The notes below the pieces were generated by a model. It did no database searches, was not told the DNA's origin, and saw nothing but the letters and a program-made list of their open reading frames with translations. The position numbers and the translations under genes were made by a program. Below are positions 38,853-48,826 of a stretch of 55,721 bases of DNA, piece after piece (within the stretch, counting starts at the first letter, position 1; every line of letters starts with the position of its first letter). The DNA lies in assembly GCA_031364845.1 (NCBI GenBank), contig JANLWX010000202.1:1-55721 (forward strand), given 5' to 3'. Origin of the DNA: Candidatus Eiseniibacteriota bacterium (lineage in GTDB: Bacteria; Eisenbacteria; RBG-16-71-46).

Positions 38853-41057
38853 TTGCGAACACCCTCCTCGCTCTTCGCCGCCGCGTGCCTCGTGATGTCC
38901 ATGATTGCCGCAGACGCCCGCTCGGGTGTGATCATCTCGGAGTTGTGCGACCCGCAACAGAACCCTGCGACCGACCGGTATATCGAGATCTACAATACCG
39001 GCCCCGGCGCGGTCGACCTGGCGGGCTGGACCCTGACGGCAGTCGCGAACACCACGACTGAGCCGGTGACGTGGACGTTGTCGGGCACGCTCAACGCGGG
39101 TCAGGCGAAGGTCGCAGGCTATACGAGCACCGCCACCGGCTTCACGGTTCACTTTCCGAGCTCGGCCTGGACGAACACGGTGAATCAGCAGGGCTCGTAC
39201 AACTGGAACGGCGGCAACGGCGACGGTGCGCGGCTCAAGAACGGCGGAGTCCTGGTCGATCAGGTCGTTGTCGCGACCGCCACGGGTTTGTTCACCGACG
39301 CGATGTACGTCCGCAATGCGAATGTCACCAGTCCGAACACCACCTACACGCCAAGCGAATGGACCATGACGCCGGTGCAGCTCGCCACCAACGCCAGCCC
39401 CGGCACGCACAACGGTTCACCGCCGCCGAGCCCCGGCCCCGTGATCTCGGGCATCGCGACCAATCCCGTCTCACCGACCGCGGGCGCCACGGTGCACGTT
39501 CAGGCGAGCGTGGTCGACACTTCTGGCCCGATCTCGAGCGTGACGCTGCAGTGGGGCACCGCTTCGGGATCGTTGTCGAACACGATCGCGATGGGCCTGG
39601 TTTCCGGAAGCACCTACCAGACCGGCAGCCCGATCCCCGGGCAGAATGCCGGCATCACGGTCTACTACAAGGTGGAGGCGGTCGGGGCGTCGGCGACGAC
39701 GCTGTCCCCTCTCGCAAGCTACGCGATCCCCGGCAACGCGGGCGCGCCGACGCTTCTGTCGGTGGGAGAGATGAGCGACTCGACGCTGCTGGTCTTCTTC
39801 AGTGAGCCCGTCGAAGAGACCAGCGCCGAGACGCCTTCGAACTACACCGTCGGTGCCCTGACCGGCATCAACGCAGTACGCGATCCCGTTCAGCCGTCGC
39901 AGGTGCTGGTCACGGTGCGCAACCTGACCGCGGGTAACCGCACCATGACCGTGAACAACGTCTCCGATCTGCAGGGTGCGGTCGCCTCCGGAATCACCCG
40001 CGACTTCAAATACATCGACGTCACGATTCCGGCGGGATACTACGACGGACTGTCGGGACTGCGCGGATCGGCCCTGCGCGTCGCGCTCCACAACCGCATC
40101 AAGAACCACAACTCTCAGAGCTACGCGTTCGCGCTGACCGCCTACTACACCACCGACGTGAAGCCGAACGGCAAGCTGTGGGACGTGTACTCGGACGTCC
40201 CGGGCGGAACGCCGCCCTACGAATACAATCTCGGTGACGAAGGTCAGGGTGTCGAAGGCGTGGGCTACAACCGCGAGCACACGTGGCCGCAGTCGTGGTT
40301 CAACGAAGGCCTGCCGATGAAGTCCGATCTTCACCTGCTCTATCCCACGGACTCGTGGGTGAACGGCCTGCGCGACAACGAGCCCTACGGCGAGGTCGAC
40401 AACCCGGCGACTACGTCGCAAAACGGCAGCAAGCGCGGCCCGAACGTGAGTCCCGGCTACAGCGGCACCGTGTTCGAACCGATCGACGCGTACAAAGGCG
40501 ACCTCGCGCGCAGCCAGTTCTACGGATCGGCCCGCTACTTCAACGAGGACAATGGCTGGGCGGGCAGCGTGTCGACGCAAGGCGCCAATCTGCTGCCGTG
40601 GTCCGCGAACTTGTTCCTCGCGTGGAGCACCAACGATCCGGTGAGCTGGAAGGAGCGCATGCGCAACGGGGCGATCTGGACGTTCCAGAACAACCGCAAC
40701 CCGTTCATCGATCATCCGGAGTTCGTCGCGTACATCTACGACTCCACCAACGTGCTCGCCGTCACCGAATCGCCCGCGAACCGAATCCAGCTCCGACAGA
40801 ACCTGCCGAATCCGTTCGGCACGCGCACCACGATCGGATTCGACCTCGCGCGCCGCGAGCAGGTGGCGCTGCGCGTCTACGACGTGACCGGGCGTCTCGT
40901 GCGTTCGCTCGCGAGCGGAAGCCTGGAATCGGGCAGCCATCGCGTGGAATGGAACGGCCGCGACGACCGCGGGTCGATCGTGGAGGCGGGTCTCTACTTC
41001 TGCCGGCTCGACGTCGGATCGGCGAGCGAGACGAAGCGGATGGTGTTCGCGAAGTAG
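38853..41057 (+). CDS. Extracellular endonuclease I-family nuclease with lamin-tail and Ig domains and a FlgD-Ig/T9SS-like CTD
   Basis: VIISEL...YIEIYN...VDLAGW (LTD); NREHTWPQSW, DLHLLYPTD, KGDLAR and NRNPFIDHP (Endonuclease_1); TTG start. Confidence 0.88.
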   Translation: MRTPSSLFAAACLVMSMIAADARSGVIISELCDPQQNPATDRYIEIYNTGPGAVDLAGWTLTAVANTTTEPVTWTLSGTLNAGQAKVAGYTSTATGFTVHFPSSAWTNTVNQQGSYNWNGGNGDGARLKNGGVLVDQVVVATATGLFTDAMYVRNANVTSPNTTYTPSEWTMTPVQLATNASPGTHNGSPPPSPGPVISGIATNPVSPTAGATVHVQASVVDTSGPISSVTLQWGTASGSLSNTIAMGLVSGSTYQTGSPIPGQNAGITVYYKVEAVGASATTLSPLASYAIPGNAGAPTLLSVGEMSDSTLLVFFSEPVEETSAETPSNYTVGALTGINAVRDPVQPSQVLVTVRNLTAGNRTMTVNNVSDLQGAVASGITRDFKYIDVTIPAGYYDGLSGLRGSALRVALHNRIKNHNSQSYAFALTAYYTTDVKPNGKLWDVYSDVPGGTPPYEYNLGDEGQGVEGVGYNREHTWPQSWFNEGLPMKSDLHLLYPTDSWVNGLRDNEPYGEVDNPATTSQNGSKRGPNVSPGYSGTVFEPIDAYKGDLARSQFYGSARYFNEDNGWAGSVSTQGANLLPWSANLFLAWSTNDPVSWKERMRNGAIWTFQNNRNPFIDHPEFVAYIYDSTNVLAVTESPANRIQLRQNLPNPFGTRTTIGFDLARREQVALRVYDVTGRLVRSLASGSLESGSHRVEWNGRDDRGSIVEAGLYFCRLDVGSASETKRMVFAK

Positions 41058-41076
41058 CGCGTAACCCGCAAACAAT

Positions 41077-41116
41077 CGAAGGCCCCGCGCGGAGGATTCT
41101 CCGAGCGGGGCCTTCG
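41077..41116. terminator. Hairpin between convergent genes
   Basis: CGAAGGCCCCGC-G-CGGAG-GATT-CTCCG-A-GCGGGGCCTTCG. Confidence 0.7.
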
Positions 41117-41142
41117 CGCAGGTGACGGCGGTGACGCGACGG

Positions 41143-41805
41143 CTACTTCTTGATCCGGTACGGGAAGTTGCCCGCGACCTTCTTGAGCAGCGACTTCGTC
41201 ATCGCCTCGACCGAGTTGGCGAGACCACCCTTGTCGGTGTGGTCGTAGCTCCACAGCAGCGATGCGTCGGCGCCGTTGTGGATCACCATGTTGATGTCGA
41301 CGCGCTGCGTCGACCCGCTGAAACCCAGGAACAGCGTCTGTACGACCGCGGCGCCGGTCGAGGTCGGCTGCGCCTGATGCACGGTTCCCGAGACCAGCGC
41401 ATCGACGCCGAGCACCTTCGCGATCTCGTCCTTCGTGCGCAGGGCGAGGCTGTCGAGCGCGAAGCCGGCCCGGGCGAGCAGCGCGTTGGTCTGGTCGATG
41501 TCCTGGAATCCGACCCGGTACTCTCCGTCGCCCGCGCGCTGGAGGAAGCGCGCGTAGAGCTGGCGCTGAAACTCCAGCGCTTCTTCCTTCTCCGAATCGG
41601 TGACCATTTCCGGCGTCACGTTCTTGGGCAGGTGCTTGCTGTCGATCACGACTTTGAACGGCAGCACCGCGACGGTCTTGTGTTCCTTCGTGATCTCGGC
41701 GAACTGCGGATGGGTGTAGCGCTGGGCTCCGGCGAATGCGAGCGCCGGAATCAGCGTGAACATCACCATCGCTGCCCGCACGACTGCCCTCATGGGATGC
41801 TTCAT
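41143..41805 (-). CDS. Exported hypothetical protein (TolB-N/CsgG-like alpha/beta fold possible)
   Basis: Signal peptide ending AFA; VAVLPF and EIAKVLGVDALVSG motifs. Confidence 0.7.
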   Translation of the reverse strand: MKHPMRAVVRAAMVMFTLIPALAFAGAQRYTHPQFAEITKEHKTVAVLPFKVVIDSKHLPKNVTPEMVTDSEKEEALEFQRQLYARFLQRAGDGEYRVGFQDIDQTNALLARAGFALDSLALRTKDEIAKVLGVDALVSGTVHQAQPTSTGAAVVQTLFLGFSGSTQRVDINMVIHNGADASLLWSYDHTDKGGLANSVEAMTKSLLKKVAGNFPYRIKK

Positions 41806-42144
41806 CGGTGTGTGGCTCCTGGCTCATGGTGGATGGGGTGGGAGTGTCAGGGTGCAAAGATAGCATGGAGGCGCCCGCGGACCCGATGAGCGGGCCCCTC
41901 ACTGCACGCCCCGAGCGGTTCGCGTTTCATGACGACAAACACCAACGTGCCCAGCGTCTGGTCATGCGCGATTGCAGGAAGCATTTCAACTACCTGTGAC
42001 CTCTGCATCTGTGGGATCTTCGGAGCTCGGTCACCTTGGTTCCCTTCGGTCCACAGATTTGCCCCGGCATGTCGCACCGGCGCTTCGCACGGTTGTGATG
42101 CGGTGCAATGTGTGCCGAACATCCGTTCAAGCCCGGGAGTTCTG

Positions 42145-45100
42145 ATGATTAGGCGCTGCGCGAAAACCTCGACTCCGTGTTTCGTTCACACCCTCAAGCG
42201 CATCGCGGTCGTCGTCGGGTTGCTGATCGCCGCCACGGCTTTCGCCCAGAGCCCGGTCGAATGGACCGGCGAGTTCGTCCCCAATCGCGTGATCGTGAAG
42301 TTCCGGCCCGAAGCGACCGCCGGAAAGGCCGCGCGGATCCGCAGTGACATGCGCGCACAGTTGAACGGAACGATGGCGCAGCGGTTGGATCTGATCGACG
42401 CCGAGGTGTGGGATCTGCCGGGCCAGGACGTTCAGAAGGTCGTGGCGCAGTGGAAGGACGATCCGCGCGTCGAGTTCATCGAGCCGGACTACATCGTTCG
42501 CGCTTCAGTGGTTCCGAACGACGCATCGTTCGGCAGCCTGTATGGCATGACCAAGATCCAGGCGCCGCAGGCGTGGGACTCGACCACCGGCACTGATGTG
42601 CTCATCGGCGTGATCGACACCGGCGTGGACTACAACCATCCCGATCTTGCCGCCAACATCTGGACCAACCCCGGCGAAATCGCGGGCAACAGCATCGACG
42701 ACGACGGCAATGGCTACGTCGACGATATTCACGGCTACGACTTCATCAACAATGACGGTGACCCCATGGACGACCACAACCACGGCACCCACGTCTCGGG
42801 CACGATCGCCGGAGTCGGGAACAACGGCGTCGGCGTTGCGGGGGTCAACTGGACGGCTCGCATCATGGCGCTCAAGTTTCTCGGCGCGAGCGGGTCTGGC
42901 CCCACTTCCGGCGCCATTCTCGCCGTTCAATACGCCACCCAGATGGGCGCCCGGCTCACCAACAACAGCTGGGGCGGCGGTGGGTACAGCCAGGCACTCT
43001 ACAACGCCATTCAGGCCGCGGGCGCTGCCAATCAGTTGTTCGTCGCCGCCGCCGGGAACGATGGCAGCGGAGAGGCGTCCTATCCGGCGCTTTACGATCT
43101 CGAAAACATCATCTCGGTCGCCGCCACCGATGCCAACGATCTGAAGGCGAGTTTTTCCCAGTACAACGCGGTCTCGGTGGATCTCGGCGCGCCGGGCGTC
43201 GGCATCCTGAGCACCACGCGGGGAAACACGTATTCCAGCTTCAACGGCACCTCGATGGCCACTCCGCATGTTGCCGGAGTCGCGGGATTGGTGTGGGCGT
43301 TCCGCCCGGCGCTCACTGCGGAAGACGTCAAAGCGATCGTGCTGAGCACCGTGGATCCAGTGGCGTCGATGAACGGAAGGACCGTCACCGGTGGGCGGCT
43401 GAATGCCTTCCGCGCGATCGCCGCCACCACAGGATGGGTTCCCCTTGCTGCGCCGGACATCGCGGTTTCACCGGCCTCGTTCTCGGTGACGCTGGATCCG
43501 GATGCCAGCACCACCGAGGTCCTGTCGATCAGCAATGCCGCCGGAGCCAGGACCCTGTACTGGAGCATCACCGCGCCCGCCTGCAGCTGGCTGACCTTGA
43601 ACAAATTGAGCGGCAGAGTCGTCGCCGGCGCGACCGAGCAGATTCAGGTCGGGATCAGCGCGTTCGGTCTCGTCCCGGGCGACGTTCACTGCGACATCGA
43701 AGTCACCAGCAACGATCCCGATGAATCTCCGGTTCAGGTCGGTGTGGATCTCCACGTGAACTTCCTGCCGCCACCGCAGGCCTCCGTGACGCCGCTCGCC
43801 CTGGCCTTCTCCATGAACACGGGTGAACTCGCGAGCCGGACCGTCGACGTGTCGAACACGTCCGGGCCCGGGACACGAAATCTGCATTGGAGTGCGGTGC
43901 GCGAGGGCGCCAGTGCGTGGCTGAGCCTGCAGAATGCCTCGGGGACGACTGCACCCGGGACCACGGGCACCTTCACGGTGTCGGTCAACTCTGCCGGTGT
44001 CGCCACCGGCTCGTATCGCGACACGATCCGCGTCACGACGAACGATTCCAACCTGCCGCAAGTTCGGATTCCGGTCGCGCTGTCGGTGAACTCGCCGCCG
44101 GTCCTCGGACAGAAGATCTATACCTTCAGCGGAGATCCGGTGAACATCTACCGGGCCAACCTCGATGGCACAGGCGCCAGCACGCCGTTCACGAATGTTC
44201 GTCGGCCCATCGCCGGAGAGGTGGATGAAGTCAACCGCAAGCTGTACTGGATCGACTGGACGCCGGACCCCAGAATCTATCGGGCAGATCTCAATGGCCT
44301 GAACCAGGAACTCCTGCTTTCGGGCCTGGCCACTCCGGTGACCATGGTCCTCGACGTCCCGAACAACCACATGTACTTCTTCGGCCAGGTGGCAGGACAG
44401 GTGTATCGCCTCAGCCGCGCCGATCTCGACGGCCAGAACCTCACCACGATCGGTGACGTTCCCGGGTGGAATTTCAGCGGCCTGAGCCTCGATCCCGTGA
44501 ACCGGAAGCTGTACTGGATTCACCTCGGTGCCAACAACGACCTGGCGGAGACCGGAATCTTCCGCTCGAACCTGGATCTCACGAACAAAGAACACTTGGT
44601 GACACCGGCGGCGGTCGCGATAAGGGGGCTGAGCCTGGACCTGACCGGTCGTCTCATGTACTGGGGCGAATCGTATCCCCGCGATGTTATCCGCAAGGCG
44701 ACGCTGGATGGCCTCAATCAGAGCGACGTGCTGGAGGGCTACGAAGCACTGGACGTCGCGGTGGATCCGGCGGGCGGGAAGGTCTACTGGACCCAGCAGC
44801 TCGGCAGTTACCCCAATCTCTATTACGACACCCGGCGTGCAAATGTCGTCGGAGCGCCAGATATCCAGTCGCTCGGCATCCCCGGATTCAGGATCGCGCT
44901 CGATCTCAGCCCCGATGTCGACCCGGCGACGCTGCCGACAGCGGTGGCGACGTCGCCGAACGTGACGACGCTCGGCAGCACGTCCCAGATCATCCGTGTT
45001 CGTTACAACGATGACGTGGGGGTCAATACCACGACGCTCTCGGACGGCGACCTGTCGGTCGTGGGTCCGGGTGGCGCGATCGGCGTGACGTTCCTCGACT

Positions 45101-48100
45101 TCTCGGTGGATCCCCCGGTGGCGGGGCAGTCGACGGCGACCGGCTCCGGCACGAACGGAGCCTCCACCGGTCCGATCACCGCGCGCTACTCGATGGTGCC
45201 GCCGGGCGGAACCTGGGACATGGCCGATGCCGGCACGTATCACATCAACATGGTGGCGGGTGAGGTGAGCGACGTGGACGCCACCGCACACGCGGTGCCT
45301 GCGGGCGAGATCGGAACGTTCTCCGCATTCGCGCTGATCTCGGTGGACGTCACGACGACGCCGAGCGGTCTCTCGATTTCGGTCGATGACACCACCTACA
45401 CGAGCCCGCACACCTTCGCGTGGACGCCGGGAAGCAGTCACACGATCGCGACCCCATCGCCGCAGAGCCTCGTGGCCGGAACGCAGTACGCGTTCCTCAA
45501 CTGGTCGGACGCGGGTGCCGACTCGCACTCGATCGAACCGGGCGCTCCGACCACGTTCAACGCGACGTTCAAGACCCAATACCTGCTGACGACGGTGTTG
45601 ACGCCCTTCGATGGCGGGACGATCACGCCGGTGTCGGGGTACTTCGATGCGGGAGCGACCATCCCCGTGAACGCCACGCCCAATTCGGGGTTCGCCTTCG
45701 ACGGCTTCACCGGTGCGGTGACTGGCACCACGAACCCGACCTCGTTCGTGCTCACAGGCCCGGCGACGGTGACGGCGAACTTCCGCCGTCCGCTGATTCC
45801 CGCCGTGATCGACAACCGGATCGCCGTGGGATCCGACGATGCGGAGGAGAGCAGTTCGGACTTCGTGTCGGTCGATGGCAGCGATCTCGAGCTGGTGCTG
45901 GACGGCAGCCTGCAAACGGTGGGACTGCGATTCCGCAACCTCGCGATCCCCAGGGGTGCGGTGATCACGAGCGCCTATGTGCAGTTCCAGGCGGACGAGG
46001 CGCAGTCGGCCGCCACCGCGCTCACGATCCAGGCGCACGCGATCGACAACGCACCGACATTCTTCGGAACCGTGCGCAACATCTCGAACCGCGCGCGCGC
46101 GCCGATCGCGGCACCCTGGTCGCCGGCCGCGTGGAGTGTGATCGGCGCCGCCGGCACCGCTCAGCGCACACCCGAGTTGAAGGATGTGATCCAGCAGATC
46201 ATCAATCGTCCGGGCTGGGCGAGCGGCAATGCGCTGGCGTTGATCCTCACCGGCACCGGCCATCGCACGGCGGAGTCGTACGAAGGATTGAAGACGGGAG
46301 CACCGCTGCTGCACCTCGAGTTCACGATCGGCGCCGACTTCAACCGCGCACCGGTGGTGAACGCGGGCCCCGATCAGACGATCACGTTGCCGAGCACGGC
46401 GTTGCTCGATGGCACCGTCTCCGACGATGGGTTGATCAACCCGCCGGGCTCGGTCACGACCGAGTGGGAGCAGGTAGGAGGTGCGGGCGTTGCGTCGTTC
46501 GTCAACCGGTTCTCGGTCGATACGCAGGTCAGCTTCAGCGGCGCGGGCAACTACGTGCTGCGGCTGTCGGCGAACGACGGAGCCTTGACGACCCGCGATA
46601 GCGTGACGATCAACGTGCTCGGCGCCTCGGCGCTGACGGTCGAACGCCGGGTCACTTCGGGTTCGGATGACGCCGAAGAGAGCAGCGCGGGAAGCGTGTC
46701 GGTGACCGGCAGCGATCTCGAGCTGGTGAACGACGGCAATCTACAGACGGTGGGCCTGCGCTTCCCGAATCTCGCGATCCCCAATGGCGCCTCGATCGTG
46801 AACGCGTGGGTGCAGTTCCAGGCGGACGAAGCGCAGTCCGAGGCGACGGCGCTCACGATCAAAGGTCAGGTCGGCAACGCCGCCGCGTTCACGAGCGCCA
46901 CGCGCAACGTGTCGCAGCGGCCGCGGACCACGGCTTCGGCCGCCTGGGCGCCTGCGGCGTGGAACACCGTAGGACAGGCGGGTGCGGCCCAACGCACGTC
47001 GGAGTTGAAGGACGTCGTGCAAGAGATCGTGAGCGGTGGCGGCTGGGCGAGCGGTAACGCGCTCGCGCTGATCATCACCGGCACCGGTCATCGCACCGCG
47101 GAGTCGTTCGAAGGGCTTCCGGGCGGAGCGGCCCTGCTGCACATCGAATACAACACGGCCTTGCCTGTGAACCAGGCGCCGACCGTGGATGCGGGACCGG
47201 CGCGCGTGGTCACGCTGCCGGCTGCGGCACAACTCGACGGCACGGTCGCGGACGACGGTATTCCGACGCCCGCAACTCCGGCGGTGACGTGGACCGTCGA
47301 CAGCGGGCCTATTGGCGGCATCGTCGCGTTCGCGAATGCGAACGCGGTCGACACGCAGGCGAGCTTCAATCTCGCGGGCAGCTATGTTGTGCGCCTGACG
47401 GCCAACGATGGACTCGCGTTCGCGAGCGACACCACCCGCGTAACGGTGTTGCCGACCGGTACGGTGGTGACGTTCGAAACGCGGGTCGCCGCGGGTTCGG
47501 ATGACGCCGAGGAAGCGGGCGCGGGTGGAGTGTCGGTGACCAGCAGCGATCTCGAGCTGGTGAACGACGGCAGCCTGCAGACGGTCGGTGTGCGGTTCCG
47601 GGGCGTGTCGATTCCGCGGGGATCGGTGATCAACAACGCGTGGGTCCAGTTCCAGAGCGACGAAGCCCAATCCGAAGCGACGGCACTCACGATCCAGGGC
47701 GAAGCATCCGACAACGCCGCGATCTATACCGGGGCCTCGCGCAGCATCTCGACGCGGGCGCGCACCGTGGAGTCGGTGGCGTGGACACCCGCGGCATGGA
47801 ACGTTCTCGATGTGGCAGGCGCCGATCAGCGGACGCCCAACCTCGCGGTGCTGGTTCAGAAGGCAGTGAGCCGCGGAGGGTGGGCGAGCGGCAACGCGCT
47901 CGCGTTCGTGATCACGGGCACCGGGCATCGCACGGCGGAAGCGTTCGAAGGACTCGCGTCGGCGGCGCCGCTGCTGCATGTCGAGTACACGACACCTTCG
48001 GCGATCGCGGTGAACGAGGCCGAGCAGCTGGCGTCGTCGCGGGTCGAGGTCTCGTTCGGACCGACGACCGCGCGCATCGTGCCCAATCCGCTGCGTGATC

Positions 48101-48318
48101 GCGGGACGATCGACCTCGCACTCGGACGCTCGGGTGCGGTACGGATCGAACTGTTCGACGTTCAGGGCCGCCGGTTGCGGACACTGCTCGATGAGCGCAC
48201 TCTCGCCGCGGGACGTCATCAGATCGAACTCGGCGCGCGCCTCACCCCCGGACTCTACTTCTATCGCGTCGAGGCACCCGATCGCCGGTTCAACGGGCGG
48301 GTGATGGTTCTGGAGTAA
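42145..48318 (+). CDS. Large secreted S8 subtilase with BACON-like, YWTD-type beta-propeller, three 'DDAEE' repeat domains, PKD-like domains and a T9SS-like CTD
   Basis: Catalytic triad IDTG / HGTHVSG / GTSMATPHVAG; I9-like propeptide; KLYW.D...RA.LDG blades; RBS GGGAG before ATG 42145. Confidence 0.9.
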   Translation: MIRRCAKTSTPCFVHTLKRIAVVVGLLIAATAFAQSPVEWTGEFVPNRVIVKFRPEATAGKAARIRSDMRAQLNGTMAQRLDLIDAEVWDLPGQDVQKVVAQWKDDPRVEFIEPDYIVRASVVPNDASFGSLYGMTKIQAPQAWDSTTGTDVLIGVIDTGVDYNHPDLAANIWTNPGEIAGNSIDDDGNGYVDDIHGYDFINNDGDPMDDHNHGTHVSGTIAGVGNNGVGVAGVNWTARIMALKFLGASGSGPTSGAILAVQYATQMGARLTNNSWGGGGYSQALYNAIQAAGAANQLFVAAAGNDGSGEASYPALYDLENIISVAATDANDLKASFSQYNAVSVDLGAPGVGILSTTRGNTYSSFNGTSMATPHVAGVAGLVWAFRPALTAEDVKAIVLSTVDPVASMNGRTVTGGRLNAFRAIAATTGWVPLAAPDIAVSPASFSVTLDPDASTTEVLSISNAAGARTLYWSITAPACSWLTLNKLSGRVVAGATEQIQVGISAFGLVPGDVHCDIEVTSNDPDESPVQVGVDLHVNFLPPPQASVTPLALAFSMNTGELASRTVDVSNTSGPGTRNLHWSAVREGASAWLSLQNASGTTAPGTTGTFTVSVNSAGVATGSYRDTIRVTTNDSNLPQVRIPVALSVNSPPVLGQKIYTFSGDPVNIYRANLDGTGASTPFTNVRRPIAGEVDEVNRKLYWIDWTPDPRIYRADLNGLNQELLLSGLATPVTMVLDVPNNHMYFFGQVAGQVYRLSRADLDGQNLTTIGDVPGWNFSGLSLDPVNRKLYWIHLGANNDLAETGIFRSNLDLTNKEHLVTPAAVAIRGLSLDLTGRLMYWGESYPRDVIRKATLDGLNQSDVLEGYEALDVAVDPAGGKVYWTQQLGSYPNLYYDTRRANVVGAPDIQSLGIPGFRIALDLSPDVDPATLPTAVATSPNVTTLGSTSQIIRVRYNDDVGVNTTTLSDGDLSVVGPGGAIGVTFLDFSVDPPVAGQSTATGSGTNGASTGPITARYSMVPPGGTWDMADAGTYHINMVAGEVSDVDATAHAVPAGEIGTFSAFALISVDVTTTPSGLSISVDDTTYTSPHTFAWTPGSSHTIATPSPQSLVAGTQYAFLNWSDAGADSHSIEPGAPTTFNATFKTQYLLTTVLTPFDGGTITPVSGYFDAGATIPVNATPNSGFAFDGFTGAVTGTTNPTSFVLTGPATVTANFRRPLIPAVIDNRIAVGSDDAEESSSDFVSVDGSDLELVLDGSLQTVGLRFRNLAIPRGAVITSAYVQFQADEAQSAATALTIQAHAIDNAPTFFGTVRNISNRARAPIAAPWSPAAWSVIGAAGTAQRTPELKDVIQQIINRPGWASGNALALILTGTGHRTAESYEGLKTGAPLLHLEFTIGADFNRAPVVNAGPDQTITLPSTALLDGTVSDDGLINPPGSVTTEWEQVGGAGVASFVNRFSVDTQVSFSGAGNYVLRLSANDGALTTRDSVTINVLGASALTVERRVTSGSDDAEESSAGSVSVTGSDLELVNDGNLQTVGLRFPNLAIPNGASIVNAWVQFQADEAQSEATALTIKGQVGNAAAFTSATRNVSQRPRTTASAAWAPAAWNTVGQAGAAQRTSELKDVVQEIVSGGGWASGNALALIITGTGHRTAESFEGLPGGAALLHIEYNTALPVNQAPTVDAGPARVVTLPAAAQLDGTVADDGIPTPATPAVTWTVDSGPIGGIVAFANANAVDTQASFNLAGSYVVRLTANDGLAFASDTTRVTVLPTGTVVTFETRVAAGSDDAEEAGAGGVSVTSSDLELVNDGSLQTVGVRFRGVSIPRGSVINNAWVQFQSDEAQSEATALTIQGEASDNAAIYTGASRSISTRARTVESVAWTPAAWNVLDVAGADQRTPNLAVLVQKAVSRGGWASGNALAFVITGTGHRTAEAFEGLASAAPLLHVEYTTPSAIAVNEAEQLASSRVEVSFGPTTARIVPNPLRDRGTIDLALGRSGAVRIELFDVQGRRLRTLLDERTLAAGRHQIELGARLTPGLYFYRVEAPDRRFNGRVMVLE

Positions 48319-48429
48319 TGGCCACGCGGCGCCGGCCACCCATCGCGTGACGCGGCGGGTGGCCGAAGCGTCGAGATCACCGGAAGCGATGCAGCCCGGG
48401 CTGCGGGGCATCGAGAGAGGGAAGATCCT

Positions 48430-48726
48430 ATGGATACCGTACTCGCCGCACTGGCGACCGTGGTCGGCCTGTGGCTGCTCATCAATCTGGTGGGCGCTTT
48501 GATCGTGGGTGCGCTCGCGCGCGCGATCATGCCGGGCAAGGACAACGTGAGCTGGTTCATGACGATCCTGGTCGGATTCATCGGCGGCATCGTGGGCAAG
48601 GTGGTCGCCTACATGATCGGCTGGCGTGAGCTCGGCATCTTCGGCGGTTTCTGCGTGTCGGTGCTCGGGGCGTTCGTGCTGCTGCTGGCTCACCGGTTGT
48701 GGACTTCGAGCAAGAAGGGAAAGTAG
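48430..48726 (+). CDS. GlsB/YeaQ/YmgE family membrane protein (second copy)
   Basis: VGALARAIMPGKD...ILVGFIGG...SVLGAFVLL. Confidence 0.88.
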   Translation: MDTVLAALATVVGLWLLINLVGALIVGALARAIMPGKDNVSWFMTILVGFIGGIVGKVVAYMIGWRELGIFGGFCVSVLGAFVLLLAHRLWTSSKKGK

Positions 48727-48760
48727 CGGGCGCATACGAACGCGGCCCTCGCAAACGAAT

Positions 48761-48795
48761 ACGCCCGGCTCCGTCATCGCGGAGCCGGGCGTTTG
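48761..48795. terminator. Perfect 13-bp hairpin between convergent genes
   Basis: ACGCCCGGCTCCG-TCATCG-CGGAGCCGGGCGT-TTG. Confidence 0.75.
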
Positions 48796-48826
48796 CGTCA
48801 GGGGATGCTTCCGGGCGCGCGAGCGG

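Noticed and set aside
41929..42144. Upstream extensions of ORFs (also 5855, 7189, 13890, 15014, 18448, 28575, 29394, 32947, 38935, 51793, 53021, 54672)
   Set aside because: Downstream starts have an RBS, a coupled stop/start, a signal peptide or a recognisable domain start; the extensions are not protein-like.
43468..46314. 948-aa antisense ORF and many similar long shadow ORFs (e.g. 2685-4442, 10092-11852, 31341-33119, 46741-48777, 53054-54820)
   Set aside because: Arg/Ala-rich, motif-free and overlapping well-supported genes; expected in high-GC DNA.
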